Shown here piece after piece: positions 54,093 to 63,479 of a stretch of 64,000 nucleotides of DNA. This DNA comes from a virus, in the IMG/VR virus record IMGVR_UViG_3300029825_000007, positions 1,374 through 65,373 of that record; one strand, written 5' to 3'. How positions within the stretch are numbered: the stretch's first letter is position 1; the number at the start of each line of letters is the position of its first letter. Both the position numbers and the translations under genes were made by a program. The notes below the pieces were generated by a model that worked only from the letters and a program-made list of their open reading frames with translations, searched no databases and was not told where the DNA came from.

Positions 54093-56030
54093 TTATTTAA
54101 CCTCCAATTTATGTTCATCACTTCTTGACATAGTTATCAATTGTTGTTCCATATCCGGTATGCGGTCCGCATCAACCTCTGATGCTTCATCTAAGAATAT
54201 AGGAAGATTCAGTTCGTTTACTTTCTGGAATCCTCTTGCAATGTCAATTTCAGCCAATTTCTTATCTCCGACATTCAAAGTCTGATAGTAATTTACACCA
54301 TCAACTTCAATCTGACAGCAATCTTCAACACCTCCATTGATAAGCGGCCTGCTGAATCTGAACTTCACGATATCAAAGTTTGTATTTACAAGTTCGGATA
54401 ATTTCCGGTTCTTCTCTACTCCAAACTTCTCCACCAGATTGATCTGCTTTTCAATATCGGCTTCTTTCTGAGATACATCTGTAAGCTCTGTTTCGAGTTC
54501 TGCAATCCTTGCAGCTCTCTGTGTTTCATCAGCTTTTATTTTATTTTTCTTTGCTCTCCAGTCAGATAATTCATCCAACAATTCAGCTTTCTTTTTGTTT
54601 AATTCATCCCGGTTATCATCAGGCGTAGTTTCTGATTCAAGTGCTTTATTTTTAGCATCAAGTTCATTACAGATTCTTTCATAGTCCTGATTATGGGATA
54701 AATCAGGCTCTTCTTTCAGCTCTGCAATCCGTTTTTCTAGCTCTTCAATTTTCTGTTTGGCAGTATCAATTTTTAGATTATGCTCTTTGGTCTCTTCTAC
54801 TAGATTGTCTAAATCGGATGTAATCTGCTTCATGGACTTCTTAAGGTCAATACCTTTTGATTCCAGATCAGAAGTATGTCTTAATTGCTCCCTTTCAAAG
54901 TTGCTTTTCAGTTCTGCAACCTTTTCTTCTTGCTTTTCTTCTGGCAACTGACTTCCACATAGCGGGCATTTAAAATCTTTGTCCGGTTCTTCGAAAGACT
55001 TTGCTTTCTCCGCTTTCCATTCTTCTTGCATACTATTGAAATCAGCTTTGTACTTTTTATGTAAATTCTGTTTCTGAACTATAATATTTTCATTCAGTTT
55101 TATCTGAGATTCAGCGTCTTTTATAGTATCTTTTGATCTGTTTAACTCTCTTTCTAAATTTCTCCTTTTATATAGAAGGGAATCTGTAGCATCCTGTTCA
55201 ATGCCTGATTTTTGCGTTTTAAGAGACATTAACTCTCTTCTGGTTCTGTCTACCACTTCCATAGATTTTTCAGTTGTAGACAGCTTAGAATCAGTCTCAT
55301 CAATGCTTTTTTGTAGTTCTTCAATAGCATTGTCAATTTCTTCTATGCCTGTAGTTTCGCCTGATGTTTTGCTAACTTCATCAATTCTTACTGGAATCTC
55401 TTTTAATTTTTTATCAAGAGACAGTCTGTCTCTTTTTAATTTTTTCAAAGTTTCTTCAACTGTATGTCCCATCATGATATCCGAAACACCGTTAAATTCT
55501 TCACTGGCAAACTCTTCTGCATCAAATCCGAACAACTCTTCAAGCGTGTTTCTCTGGTCCGCAGGTGCAAGTGTTAAAAACTTCTGTGGATTGCTACAAA
55601 ATAGAAACGTATCTGTCGGACAAAAATTACTTAAAAACTCTTCATATGCATTTGGTTTATAAGGAAAACCGTCAATCTCAAATTCATTGATATTCCCTTC
55701 GAATTTCTTATCTGTACCACCTCTATGTTTCACCCACTTCTGTTTCTGTGTCTTTTTAATAACATGCTGCTTACCATCCATAAGGACAGTAAAAGTAGCT
55801 ATAATATCCACAAAATCAACTGTTTTTCCGCTTTTCAGCGGTCTTACATTGTCTGCCTGTCTGCCATCCGGCGTAGTGTTGAAAAACACCCAATAAAACG
55901 CATTCATAATCGTAGACTTGCCAACTCGGTTCCTACCTCTTAAGTCTGTTTTATGTGTAAAATCAACATGCTGTTTCTCAAATTTCATAAAATTCTCTAA
56001 ATCTAATTCTTTCAATTCTAATGTCTTCAT
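54093..56030 (-). CDS. Rad50/SbcC-like AAA ATPase with coiled coil and a zinc hook
   Basis: AGGAGAA RBS upstream of the ATG at 56030. It has a P-loop (GRNRVGKST), a long coiled coil with a central CPLCG motif, and C-terminal DEASEVD. Confidence 0.7.
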   Translation of the reverse strand: MKTLELKELDLENFMKFEKQHVDFTHKTDLRGRNRVGKSTIMNAFYWVFFNTTPDGRQADNVRPLKSGKTVDFVDIIATFTVLMDGKQHVIKKTQKQKWVKHRGGTDKKFEGNINEFEIDGFPYKPNAYEEFLSNFCPTDTFLFCSNPQKFLTLAPADQRNTLEELFGFDAEEFASEEFNGVSDIMMGHTVEETLKKLKRDRLSLDKKLKEIPVRIDEVSKTSGETTGIEEIDNAIEELQKSIDETDSKLSTTEKSMEVVDRTRRELMSLKTQKSGIEQDATDSLLYKRRNLERELNRSKDTIKDAESQIKLNENIIVQKQNLHKKYKADFNSMQEEWKAEKAKSFEEPDKDFKCPLCGSQLPEEKQEEKVAELKSNFEREQLRHTSDLESKGIDLKKSMKQITSDLDNLVEETKEHNLKIDTAKQKIEELEKRIAELKEEPDLSHNQDYERICNELDAKNKALESETTPDDNRDELNKKKAELLDELSDWRAKKNKIKADETQRAARIAELETELTDVSQKEADIEKQINLVEKFGVEKNRKLSELVNTNFDIVKFRFSRPLINGGVEDCCQIEVDGVNYYQTLNVGDKKLAEIDIARGFQKVNELNLPIFLDEASEVDADRIPDMEQQLITMSRSDEHKLEVK

Positions 56031-56040
56031 ATCAGTTCTC

Positions 56041-56589
56041 CTATTCTTCAATGTTATATACTGCAAGTTCCTTTGTTGTGTGACATTTTCCGTCTTTGAA
56101 AAAATCACGGCTCTGTAGCCGTCCATGTACGGTAACCTCATCACCTTTTTTATATTTCTTTGAATAACTTGCTGTTGTTCCAAAGAAGATTATCGGAACA
56201 TATGCAAAACGTTCATTCACCTTGTACTTAAGAGTGGCAGAGGAAACTTTCTTTCCGGTCTTTGTAACCTTGTAATATACAGGATTGCAAAATGTGCCAG
56301 TAATACCGATATTGTTTATATCAACAGAATTGCTGTCGATCTTTGTGATCTTTTCTGCTACAATATAACTTTCCAGAATATCTGATATACGGGAATTTAA
56401 TGTGCCTGTTATGTATAGCTTTTCAGAACTCGAAATAACATCTTTTGCTTTTGCAATTACGGTTACGAGATCTTCTGTGCCGCTCTTCCTTTTTGTAGCA
56501 ACTACAAGTTCGTAGTAATGTTCTCCTTTTAAATTTATTTGTTCACCACAGATGTCTAGCACACTGCAGACTATTGTTGCTTTATTCAT
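56041..56589 (-). CDS. OB-fold (SSB-like) protein
   Basis: 182 aa. The C-terminal half (..VPIIFFGTTA...GDEVTVHGRLQSRDF..) resembles an SSB OB fold. Confidence 0.35.
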   Translation of the reverse strand: MNKATIVCSVLDICGEQINLKGEHYYELVVATKRKSGTEDLVTVIAKAKDVISSSEKLYITGTLNSRISDILESYIVAEKITKIDSNSVDINNIGITGTFCNPVYYKVTKTGKKVSSATLKYKVNERFAYVPIIFFGTTASYSKKYKKGDEVTVHGRLQSRDFFKDGKCHTTKELAVYNIEE

Positions 56590-56861
56590 TTTCTATCCCC
56601 CCCTAGTTTGATATATTTGATAAAATTTTCTGTCAATTTCTGACTTTCTTTTGACGAATTTTTATCCATTTCATTCGCAACTATTAACATAATTGCAATT
56701 ACTAATGGATAATCTACAGCTGGCATACGTAAAATCTCTTTTGAAAACTCAGCCATATAGTGAGCCATTGCATCTGATATAACTTCCCCGGCTTTATCAT
56801 GATTGCCCTCCATTATGTGGGCGGTTGCTTTATTCAAATATCCTATGGGTATAAAATCCAT
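56586..56861 (-). CDS. hypothetical protein
   Basis: 91-aa ORF. Confidence 0.35.
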   Translation of the reverse strand: MDFIPIGYLNKATAHIMEGNHDKAGEVISDAMAHYMAEFSKEILRMPAVDYPLVIAIMLIVANEMDKNSSKESQKLTENFIKYIKLGGDRK

Positions 56862-56880
56862 TTGAATTCATCTCCTTTTC

Positions 56881-57039
56881 TTACTTTTCTGTTGAGCCTT
56901 TGGGCTTGTCTGTAAATCCTATTTCCTTAAGTGCATTTCCAATGGCGATATGCCATTCTTTTTCACGATACTTAGGTATCTGATATACCTGATCGCTGAT
57001 TGTCTGTAATATTACTGCAATCATTTCATCACGGTTCAT
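56881..57039 (-). CDS. small hypothetical protein
   Basis: ATG at 57039 (MNRDEMIAVILQ...). Confidence 0.35.
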   Translation of the reverse strand: MNRDEMIAVILQTISDQVYQIPKYREKEWHIAIGNALKEIGFTDKPKGSTEK

Positions 57040-57040
57040 A

Positions 57041-57217
57041 TCACATCTCCCTTTTTCGCATCTCTTCAATAACTGCTAAGATACAGAAATAAAGAAAAAC
57101 ATAAAACATGACTACTATAAAAAACGCGTTCAGTATTTCGCATTGTCCGTACATAAGTCCGCAAAACAGAACTAATGCCAACATGCTACTTAATACTGCC
57201 GATTTTATATACATCAT
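57041..57217 (-). CDS. small two-TM membrane protein
   Basis: GAGAGGGGGA RBS. MMYIKSAVLSSMLALVLFCGLMYGQCEILNAFFIVVMFYVFLYFCILAVIEEMRKREM. It is not in the ORF track. Confidence 0.4.
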   Translation of the reverse strand: MMYIKSAVLSSMLALVLFCGLMYGQCEILNAFFIVVMFYVFLYFCILAVIEEMRKREM

Positions 57218-57239
57218 GACCGTATCCCCCTCTCATTAA

Positions 57240-57878
57240 TCAGCCTTTATATTCAATGAATTGTGCGTACATATTTTTATTAACCTCTTCTATAGTTTTG
57301 TAGCGATAACCCCAGCCATACGGTTTGCAATTATCGTCAACGAACATTCCATACCTTACTGTATATTTTTTCCCGACTGTAAAGCGTCCTAGGGTATCAC
57401 TGACGCAGATCATATCTGTATTTAATAAAGAAGCTTTTTCTTTAGACTTCTTGTCCACATAAGCAGATACCTTATCTGTGATTTCATCAAAGTCGAAATC
57501 CGATAATAAATCAAATAAGTCTATACACGTGCCAAACGTTTCTTTCATAGATTTATCATTTCCATAATTAACACGTATCCATTTCCATACTTCATTAGGT
57601 GTAAGAACTGGATATACATCTTCTAACATATTATCAGTCAGATAATATCCCATTTCTTCTATCTGATATAACCCATCATCAGGCAGAACTTTGTATATTC
57701 TAAATGTCTTTCCACAATAACTTTTCATAGAGTTGATAAAATATGTTTTGCAATTTTTATTTACATCATTAGGAACAAGAATTTGTGATATACCTTCACA
57801 AATTTCCCTTGCTTCATATTGATCTGCCATATCATTCCATTTTCTAACCTTTACTAGATCGCCTACTTTATATCTCAT
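57240..57878 (-). CDS. hypothetical protein
   Basis: GGGAGGAAG RBS upstream of the ATG at 57878 (MRYKVGDLVKV...). Confidence 0.4.
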   Translation of the reverse strand: MRYKVGDLVKVRKWNDMADQYEAREICEGISQILVPNDVNKNCKTYFINSMKSYCGKTFRIYKVLPDDGLYQIEEMGYYLTDNMLEDVYPVLTPNEVWKWIRVNYGNDKSMKETFGTCIDLFDLLSDFDFDEITDKVSAYVDKKSKEKASLLNTDMICVSDTLGRFTVGKKYTVRYGMFVDDNCKPYGWGYRYKTIEEVNKNMYAQFIEYKG

Positions 57879-58660
57879 AGTTTTACTTCCTCCCAACTTA
57901 ACTGGCTATTTGTATTAAGAATCAAATCTTTTAAATAGGTAGATGGTTCATATTTTTCTATGAACTCATGTGCTAATTCTAAGTACTTTCTCTGAATTGC
58001 CTTATAGCTGTTCAACCCATCTCCAAACTCTCTTTTAAGCTGAATATAGGCATCTATAAATGCTTTCTGTCTAACAGACTTATCATTGTAGGCATTTGAT
58101 TTCTTACCACCCAGCAGATTTACTACTTTCTTTTTTAAATGTTTCTGTAGTTCATCTGATTCACACGCATAAAGAGGAACATCAAACTCCAATCTATCCA
58201 TACGCTTGTCCATTTCAACGGTGCGCTTATCCAATACAAATATTGCTTGCAGTTCCTTTGACATATCCGGAACTGTATATGTACCTGTCTTTCGGATCGT
58301 TGGTAGTACTTCTGATGTTACCCAGTGTTTGAATCGCTTTGCTGAATCAAGCTTGCTTCCGAATATTAAAGCGTATAAGCCGGATTCATTAATTACGGTA
58401 AACCCTCTATTTGGGATATCTGCGCTTATAAAATTCACAGGGAAAACATCTTTAGGCATGTGATTTTCTATGGTCGCAATTTCCGACCTTTGAAGAATTC
58501 TCCTATCCTCTTCGGAAACATGGGTGATTATCGCATCTTTCGTGTTTTTGTATCCCAGTGCTTCTGCAACGTCTTTCCCCACGAAAAAGACTTCATTATC
58601 AATAGTTACTGTTCTTACTTGTCCAAATTCTGGACTATCAAAAATTTTCAAGCTGTTCAT
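57875..58660 (-). CDS. antirepressor (Bro-N domain plus C-terminal domain)
   Basis: MNSLKIFDSPEFGQVRTVTIDNEVFFVGKDVAEALGYKNTKDAI is a Bro-N signature. Confidence 0.7.
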   Translation of the reverse strand: MNSLKIFDSPEFGQVRTVTIDNEVFFVGKDVAEALGYKNTKDAIITHVSEEDRRILQRSEIATIENHMPKDVFPVNFISADIPNRGFTVINESGLYALIFGSKLDSAKRFKHWVTSEVLPTIRKTGTYTVPDMSKELQAIFVLDKRTVEMDKRMDRLEFDVPLYACESDELQKHLKKKVVNLLGGKKSNAYNDKSVRQKAFIDAYIQLKREFGDGLNSYKAIQRKYLELAHEFIEKYEPSTYLKDLILNTNSQLSWEEVKL

Positions 58661-58701
58661 ATGTCCTCTCTTTCTATTCAATCAGTTCATCAAACGCAGC
58701 T

Positions 58702-58992
58702 TTATGAGGCATTAAATTCCTTTACCCATACATCAGCAAATAATTTGAAAATCTCAAAACACCTTTCGGCATCTTGATATGTTAATATTAGGTTTGTTAC
58801 GGTCATTTTACGGCTCACAATGTGTGAATATAGTTCTCGTGTAGCTGTATCGCAAGCATGTTGCAAGCCCCAAAAGCTTTTATTATGCACCTTACAAACT
58901 TGGTTGTAATATTCTTCTGCCAACCTCTTATATACAATGTTTGGTGATAATCCACATTTTTCGCATTCACTTAATTCTATGGTTATTTTCAT
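58702..58992 (-). CDS. hypothetical protein
   Basis: 96-aa ORF, the second gene of the early operon. Confidence 0.4.
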   Translation of the reverse strand: MKITIELSECEKCGLSPNIVYKRLAEEYYNQVCKVHNKSFWGLQHACDTATRELYSHIVSRKMTVTNLILTYQDAERCFEIFKLFADVWVKEFNAS

Positions 58993-59000
58993 GCGCCCTC

Positions 59001-59198
59001 CTACATTAGCAATTCATCAACCGTGCACTTTAAAATATCAGCAACTTTTTTTAAGCTCCTTGCAGACGGACTAACTGTGTTCCACTTACACATACTTCCT
59101 ATTGCAATCTCCGCTTCTTTCTCTATGGAATTAATTGAAAGTCCCATTTTTTTAGCTTTGTGACAGATATTGTCATAGACTTTTACTTTGCCCACCAA
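59001..59198 (-). CDS. Cro-like XRE HTH protein
   Basis: ..KKMGLSINSIEKEAEIAIGSMCKW.. is an HTH. It is the first gene of the leftward early operon and is divergent from the CI-like gene. Confidence 0.6.
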   Translation of the reverse strand: MVGKVKVYDNICHKAKKMGLSINSIEKEAEIAIGSMCKWNTVSPSARSLKKVADILKCTVDELLM

Positions 59199-59218
59199 TA
59201 GACACCTCCTTTACTATT

Positions 59219-59416
59219 TATTAACTCTGAATAAATCGCTAAAAGTTGTTGACTATATGTAGAAAATATTATATAATTTAGCTGTCGAACGAAATTACAT
59301 AACTGTCAACTGGCATTTTTCTAATCGCTGTCCTTTGCGATTTATTCAGAGGACTTATCTTTATTATACGCGATTAATTCAGAATGTCAATAGTTTTCTT
59401 TGCGATTTTTTCAGAA
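59219..59416. promoter_or_regulatory. immunity switch region: four 15-bp operators and a consensus rightward promoter
   Basis: GCGATT(T/A)(A/T)TTCAGA(G/A) occurs at 59337-59351, 59370-59384 and 59402-59416, and inverted at 59225-59239. TTGACT (59249-59254), 17 nt, then TATAAT (59272-59277). Confidence 0.6.
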
Positions 59417-59432
59417 TTATTTAGGAGCGTAT

Positions 59433-59789
59433 ATGAGCATAAAAGAACGGATACAAGAACTATGTAGAAAGAACAATATATCTATGAATAAGCTAGAAGG
59501 TCAATTAGGGTTTGGAAAGGGATATATAAGCAAATTAGGGGACGCAACCCCTAGTTCAGCTAAGTTACAGAAAATTGCAGACCACTTTAATGTTTCACTG
59601 GATTATATTATAAATGGAGAAGATTCAGATAAATATTCCGTAGAGGACGCCAAATTCAATGCCGCTGTAGCGAAAGACAAGCAGCTCCAAAGGATGCTAC
59701 AGTATTTCGTGAAATTAGAACCTGCTAAAAAAGACATGGTCGAACAAATGTTGAAAGGCCTTTCTGAAAACGAGGAATCTCCTAAGTAA
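59433..59789 (+). CDS. CI-like repressor (XRE HTH, no peptidase domain)
   Basis: TAGGAG RBS. MSIKERIQELCRKNNISMNKLEGQLGFGKGYISKL... 118 aa. Confidence 0.65.
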   Translation: MSIKERIQELCRKNNISMNKLEGQLGFGKGYISKLGDATPSSAKLQKIADHFNVSLDYIINGEDSDKYSVEDAKFNAAVAKDKQLQRMLQYFVKLEPAKKDMVEQMLKGLSENEESPK

Positions 59790-59863
59790 TTTCTGGAATA
59801 CATCTTGCCATTTCTTCCATAAAAAGGTAAAATAGTATTAATATTACGAGGGAGGAAATAGGC

Positions 59864-60484
59864 ATGAGAAAAAAACTATTTATTATTCTTATGGCTGGAG
59901 CAATTAGTTTATCATTTAATGCTTGTGGAAACGAATCAAGAAATACGAGCACCAGTCAAGCAAGCACATCATCATCTACTGAAGAAACCGGGTTAAAAGC
60001 AGATAAGAACCTTCTGAGTGTGGAGGTTACTATCCCTGCAAATCTTATTGGGGACAATGAAACCGCACTAACCGAGGAATCTAAAGAAGCCGGAATTAAA
60101 GAGATTACTAAAAATGATGACGGTTCTATCACTATGAAGATGACAAAAGATGCGCACAGAAAACTATTAGATGATTTGAAATCCAGTGTGGATGACACTA
60201 TTAATGAAATGGTTACAGACAAGGAAAACTATCCATCCTACGATAGTATCACCTACAATGATGATTTAACAGAATTTGATGTTAATGTAGATTCTTCTAT
60301 ATATGGGGGATTCGATTCTCTTGCTGCGGCTTTCACGTTTTATTTACAGGGGAACATATATCAGTCACTCAACGCTGTTTCTAGTGACAAAATAAAAACC
60401 ATTGTGAACTTTATAGATAAGGATACTGGAGATATAATTGAAAGTGGGGATTCCTCTGCTTTAAATTCTGATGCGTCTGAATAA
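59864..60484 (+). CDS. lipoprotein
   Basis: Signal peptide with a lipobox-like SFNAC. Ser/Thr-rich linker. Confidence 0.6.
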   Translation: MRKKLFIILMAGAISLSFNACGNESRNTSTSQASTSSSTEETGLKADKNLLSVEVTIPANLIGDNETALTEESKEAGIKEITKNDDGSITMKMTKDAHRKLLDDLKSSVDDTINEMVTDKENYPSYDSITYNDDLTEFDVNVDSSIYGGFDSLAAAFTFYLQGNIYQSLNAVSSDKIKTIVNFIDKDTGDIIESGDSSALNSDASE

Positions 60485-60517
60485 TATTTTTCAACAAATA
60501 GAAAGTGAGATGAATTC

Positions 60518-61075
60518 ATGTACAAGAAACTCTTAACACTTATTTTAACGGCAACAATGATTATGCCGTTATCCTCTTGTGGAGAGGCTTCTAGTGTCGA
60601 TATGGATACTACAAAGACAACTTCCGAAAATGTCACAGCAGAAGAAGAATCAAAAGCAACTACTAAAACCGAATTTTCCACAGGCGAAACATGGGAAGTT
60701 GAAGGACAATGGAGGGTAACTGTGAACTCGGTTACTCCTACAGATGAAAGAAATGAGTTTTTCGATAAGGAGCCGGCTGCCGTATATGTGATTGAGTACA
60801 CATATGAAAATCTGGGATATGAGGATGAATATGGACTTACTGATGGGCTGCTTGTTGATTTCGGTTCTGGTCAAATTGTTGATGCGGGGAAAACAATGGG
60901 ATATGAATATCCAGGAGGCTTTACCAACTACGCAGAACCAGTGCCTATCGGCGCGTCACATACCGCACAATCATACATTGGAGTAAACACGGCGGGTAAT
61001 TTTACCGTTAAAATAACTGAATACGGCTCTGATAGCAAAAAACAATCTGCAACATTTATTTGTAATGTAGAATGA
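60518..61075 (+). CDS. lipoprotein (DUF4352-like beta domain)
   Basis: Signal peptide with LSSC. ..WEVEGQWRVTVNSVTPTDE...YVIEYTYENLG... Confidence 0.55.
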   Translation: MYKKLLTLILTATMIMPLSSCGEASSVDMDTTKTTSENVTAEEESKATTKTEFSTGETWEVEGQWRVTVNSVTPTDERNEFFDKEPAAVYVIEYTYENLGYEDEYGLTDGLLVDFGSGQIVDAGKTMGYEYPGGFTNYAEPVPIGASHTAQSYIGVNTAGNFTVKITEYGSDSKKQSATFICNVE

Positions 61076-61104
61076 TGTAAATTGGATAAAATGAGGGAAT
61101 AATT

Positions 61105-61563
61105 ATGGCTAAAATAATTAAAATAAATAACACATATGGCGTTGTTTCAATAGGCACGAATGACGGTGGCATTGATGAAGTGAGGATTAGCGATTTTCAG
61201 TTTGTGCCACAAATTGGAGACGAAGTAGAAATTTTTAAATCAGAAAATGAAGTCATTATCAATAAAATTGAGAAGAAAGCCAACGCTTCAGATGGTGGAA
61301 TTAATATTAATGTCCAAAACACAAACGGAAACGCAAACCCAAGCCAATATACTCATGGGAAAGCCGTAAATAAAGTGGTTTATTGTGTTTTAACGTTCTT
61401 CTTGGGTGGCATCGGCGTTCACAAGTTTTACGCTGGGAAAATTGGGATGGGAATTTTATACCTCTTACTATGTTGGACTTGGGTTCCTGCATTCATTGCA
61501 CTTATAGAGTTTATTATTGCCTTGACAAAGAAATCTGATGATAACGGAATGATAATTATTTAG
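61105..61563 (+). CDS. TM2-domain membrane protein
   Basis: ..NKVVYCVLTFFLGGIGVHKFYAGKIGMGILYLLL.. is a TM2 signature. Confidence 0.65.
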   Translation: MAKIIKINNTYGVVSIGTNDGGIDEVRISDFQFVPQIGDEVEIFKSENEVIINKIEKKANASDGGININVQNTNGNANPSQYTHGKAVNKVVYCVLTFFLGGIGVHKFYAGKIGMGILYLLLCWTWVPAFIALIEFIIALTKKSDDNGMIII

Positions 61564-61684
61564 GAATATGCGTTATAAAAAGGGTGACATATAGTCACTC
61601 TTTTCTTGTTTTACTCTATATAATCACTTCTCTTTTTCCCAATTCTGTATTATAATAATAGCAATAGTTGAGGGAGGTAAGCAC

Positions 61685-62212
61685 ATGAACAACCATGGTG
61701 ATAACATAACTGAAAGAGATTTATTCGAGAGGGAAGAAAAGGGCAAGGAAATACTCGACAACGGTCAAAGAGTGGTAATGAAATTTAAAACCAAATGGAA
61801 ATATAGTATAGAGGTTACAAAAAATTCTATCAAATTAACATGTAAAGGTCTTTCCAGTCCGCTTAATGGAACAAGAACATTTAACATAAATCAAATCCTC
61901 ACTGCGGAATACAAAGAGCCAAAAACTCTTTCAGACGGATGCATAAAGTTTGTGCTTGTGGGAAACGGCGAAAACCTCCGTAACCTCTGGGCATCCTCAT
62001 ATGACCCGAACGCAATTATATTTACAAAAAAAGAAGACAGATTAATGAGAGAATTAAAGGCGTTTGTTGATTACCAAATTGAAAAATCACCCCAGCAAGA
62101 AAGCAGCAATTCTAATCTTAATGACCTAGAAATGTTAAAACAGCTTACAGATAGGGGCATACTTACACAAGATGAATTCACAGCTAAGAAAAAACAAATT
62201 CTGGGATTATAA
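61685..62212 (+). CDS. PH-like/SHOCT-domain protein
   Basis: The C-terminal LEMLKQLTDRGILTQDEFTAKKKQILGL is a SHOCT motif. Confidence 0.55.
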   Translation: MNNHGDNITERDLFEREEKGKEILDNGQRVVMKFKTKWKYSIEVTKNSIKLTCKGLSSPLNGTRTFNINQILTAEYKEPKTLSDGCIKFVLVGNGENLRNLWASSYDPNAIIFTKKEDRLMRELKAFVDYQIEKSPQQESSNSNLNDLEMLKQLTDRGILTQDEFTAKKKQILGL

Positions 62213-62257
62213 AAATAAATGTTTAAAGAGGGAACGATATATTCGCTCCCTTTTTAT

Positions 62258-62485
62258 TTACGGTTTTTCATATTCTACTATGTATATATAGTAGAATCTT
62301 AATTTTTGTAAAGGCATTCTGTCGATTAGTGCCTTTATCATTGCTCTGTAGTCCTCTTCTGTCAACTCCTGTTTTTCTTCTACCATTGTTCTTTGCACCC
62401 TCCATTTTCTCCGCACTCTGAAATTCCTTGCTCTTATTATAGAACATATGTTCGTATAATGCAAGAACATTTTAAGCGCACCCAT
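62258..62485 (-). CDS. small hypothetical protein (start uncertain)
   Basis: The ORF lies downstream of the HTH gene on the same strand. Confidence 0.3.
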   Translation of the reverse strand: MGALKMFLHYTNICSIIRARNFRVRRKWRVQRTMVEEKQELTEEDYRAMIKALIDRMPLQKLRFYYIYIVEYEKP

Positions 62486-62569
62486 TATTTATCTTTTTGC
62501 ATAATGTTATAGTATCTTATAATCTTTACAAATTTGTTAAATCTTTCCAAATGTCCCTAGTTTGGGACG

Positions 62570-62767
62570 CTATTTATAATCTGATTCATAGAGATCACTG
62601 ATTGATACTTTTAACCCCTTTGCCAGACGTTCCATAGTGTCCATTCTAGGCGAACTAATCCCCAATAGGATGTTCTCTATAGATGAGCGTGGAATACCTG
62701 TCAAAATGGAAACCTGACGGATTGTCAGATCTCTTTCAACCATGATCTCATACAATTTAATTTTCAT
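62570..62767 (-). CDS. XRE-family HTH protein
   Basis: ..LTIRQVSILTGIPRSSIENIL.. HTH. Confidence 0.65.
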   Translation of the reverse strand: MKIKLYEIMVERDLTIRQVSILTGIPRSSIENILLGISSPRMDTMERLAKGLKVSISDLYESDYK

Positions 62768-62898
62768 AGTATTAGTATCTCAATTTTACATTTACTATTC
62801 CACATGTAAATAATGGCAAAATGATTGATTTTTCCCAGTATGAATAGTAATATAATAATAACTTATTAAATATTTTACTTTAGGGAGGAAATACACAT

Positions 62899-63408
62899 AT
62901 GGGTTGTCTAACTATTATTTTAATCATCATTGCAATATTCGCAGCTATGGCGTATGCTCTGAGCATCATATTTGTTGCAGACGTAATTGCTTTTATTGCG
63001 ACATGTGCAGCTGTAGGAAAATACGATCAAATTAAAAAACTGGAACCGGGTAAAATGATCTGTCCGAACTGTGGCAGTGATAATGTACATATCGAACATA
63101 TTGAGTCAGGATATCAAGGTTATTCTGGCAGTTTACGCAAGGACAGCAGAATGACAAGTTTCAACGCAAAAGTTCAACGGACCAGAGTAGGACATTGTAA
63201 TGATTGCGGTTTTGAATATGATTATCACACCCAGTCAGAAATTGATGATGCCAAAAAAAGTGCAAAAGGCATGATATACTTGACCGGAACAGTACTTTTA
63301 CTGCTCGTCATTTTAAGTGGGTTCATTGCTAAAAACTGGAACAATGGAGATAAAGAAAATAACACTTCATCATCACAGCTAGTCAATGAATCTGTTTTAT
63401 ACATGTAA
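62899..63408 (+). CDS. membrane protein with a cytoplasmic zinc ribbon
   Basis: N-terminal TM hairpin, CPNCG....CNDCG, and a C-terminal TM segment. Confidence 0.5.
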   Translation: MGCLTIILIIIAIFAAMAYALSIIFVADVIAFIATCAAVGKYDQIKKLEPGKMICPNCGSDNVHIEHIESGYQGYSGSLRKDSRMTSFNAKVQRTRVGHCNDCGFEYDYHTQSEIDDAKKSAKGMIYLTGTVLLLLVILSGFIAKNWNNGDKENNTSSSQLVNESVLYM

Positions 63409-63441
63409 CATTGAATAATATACATTTTATTCACATAAACT

Positions 63442-63466
63442 GGAGCCTTAAAATGGCTCTTTTTTA
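63442..63466 (+). terminator. rho-independent terminator
   Basis: GGAGCC-ttaaaat-GGCTCT followed by TTTTT. Confidence 0.65.
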
Positions 63467-63479
63467 TTGCAAAAATATC

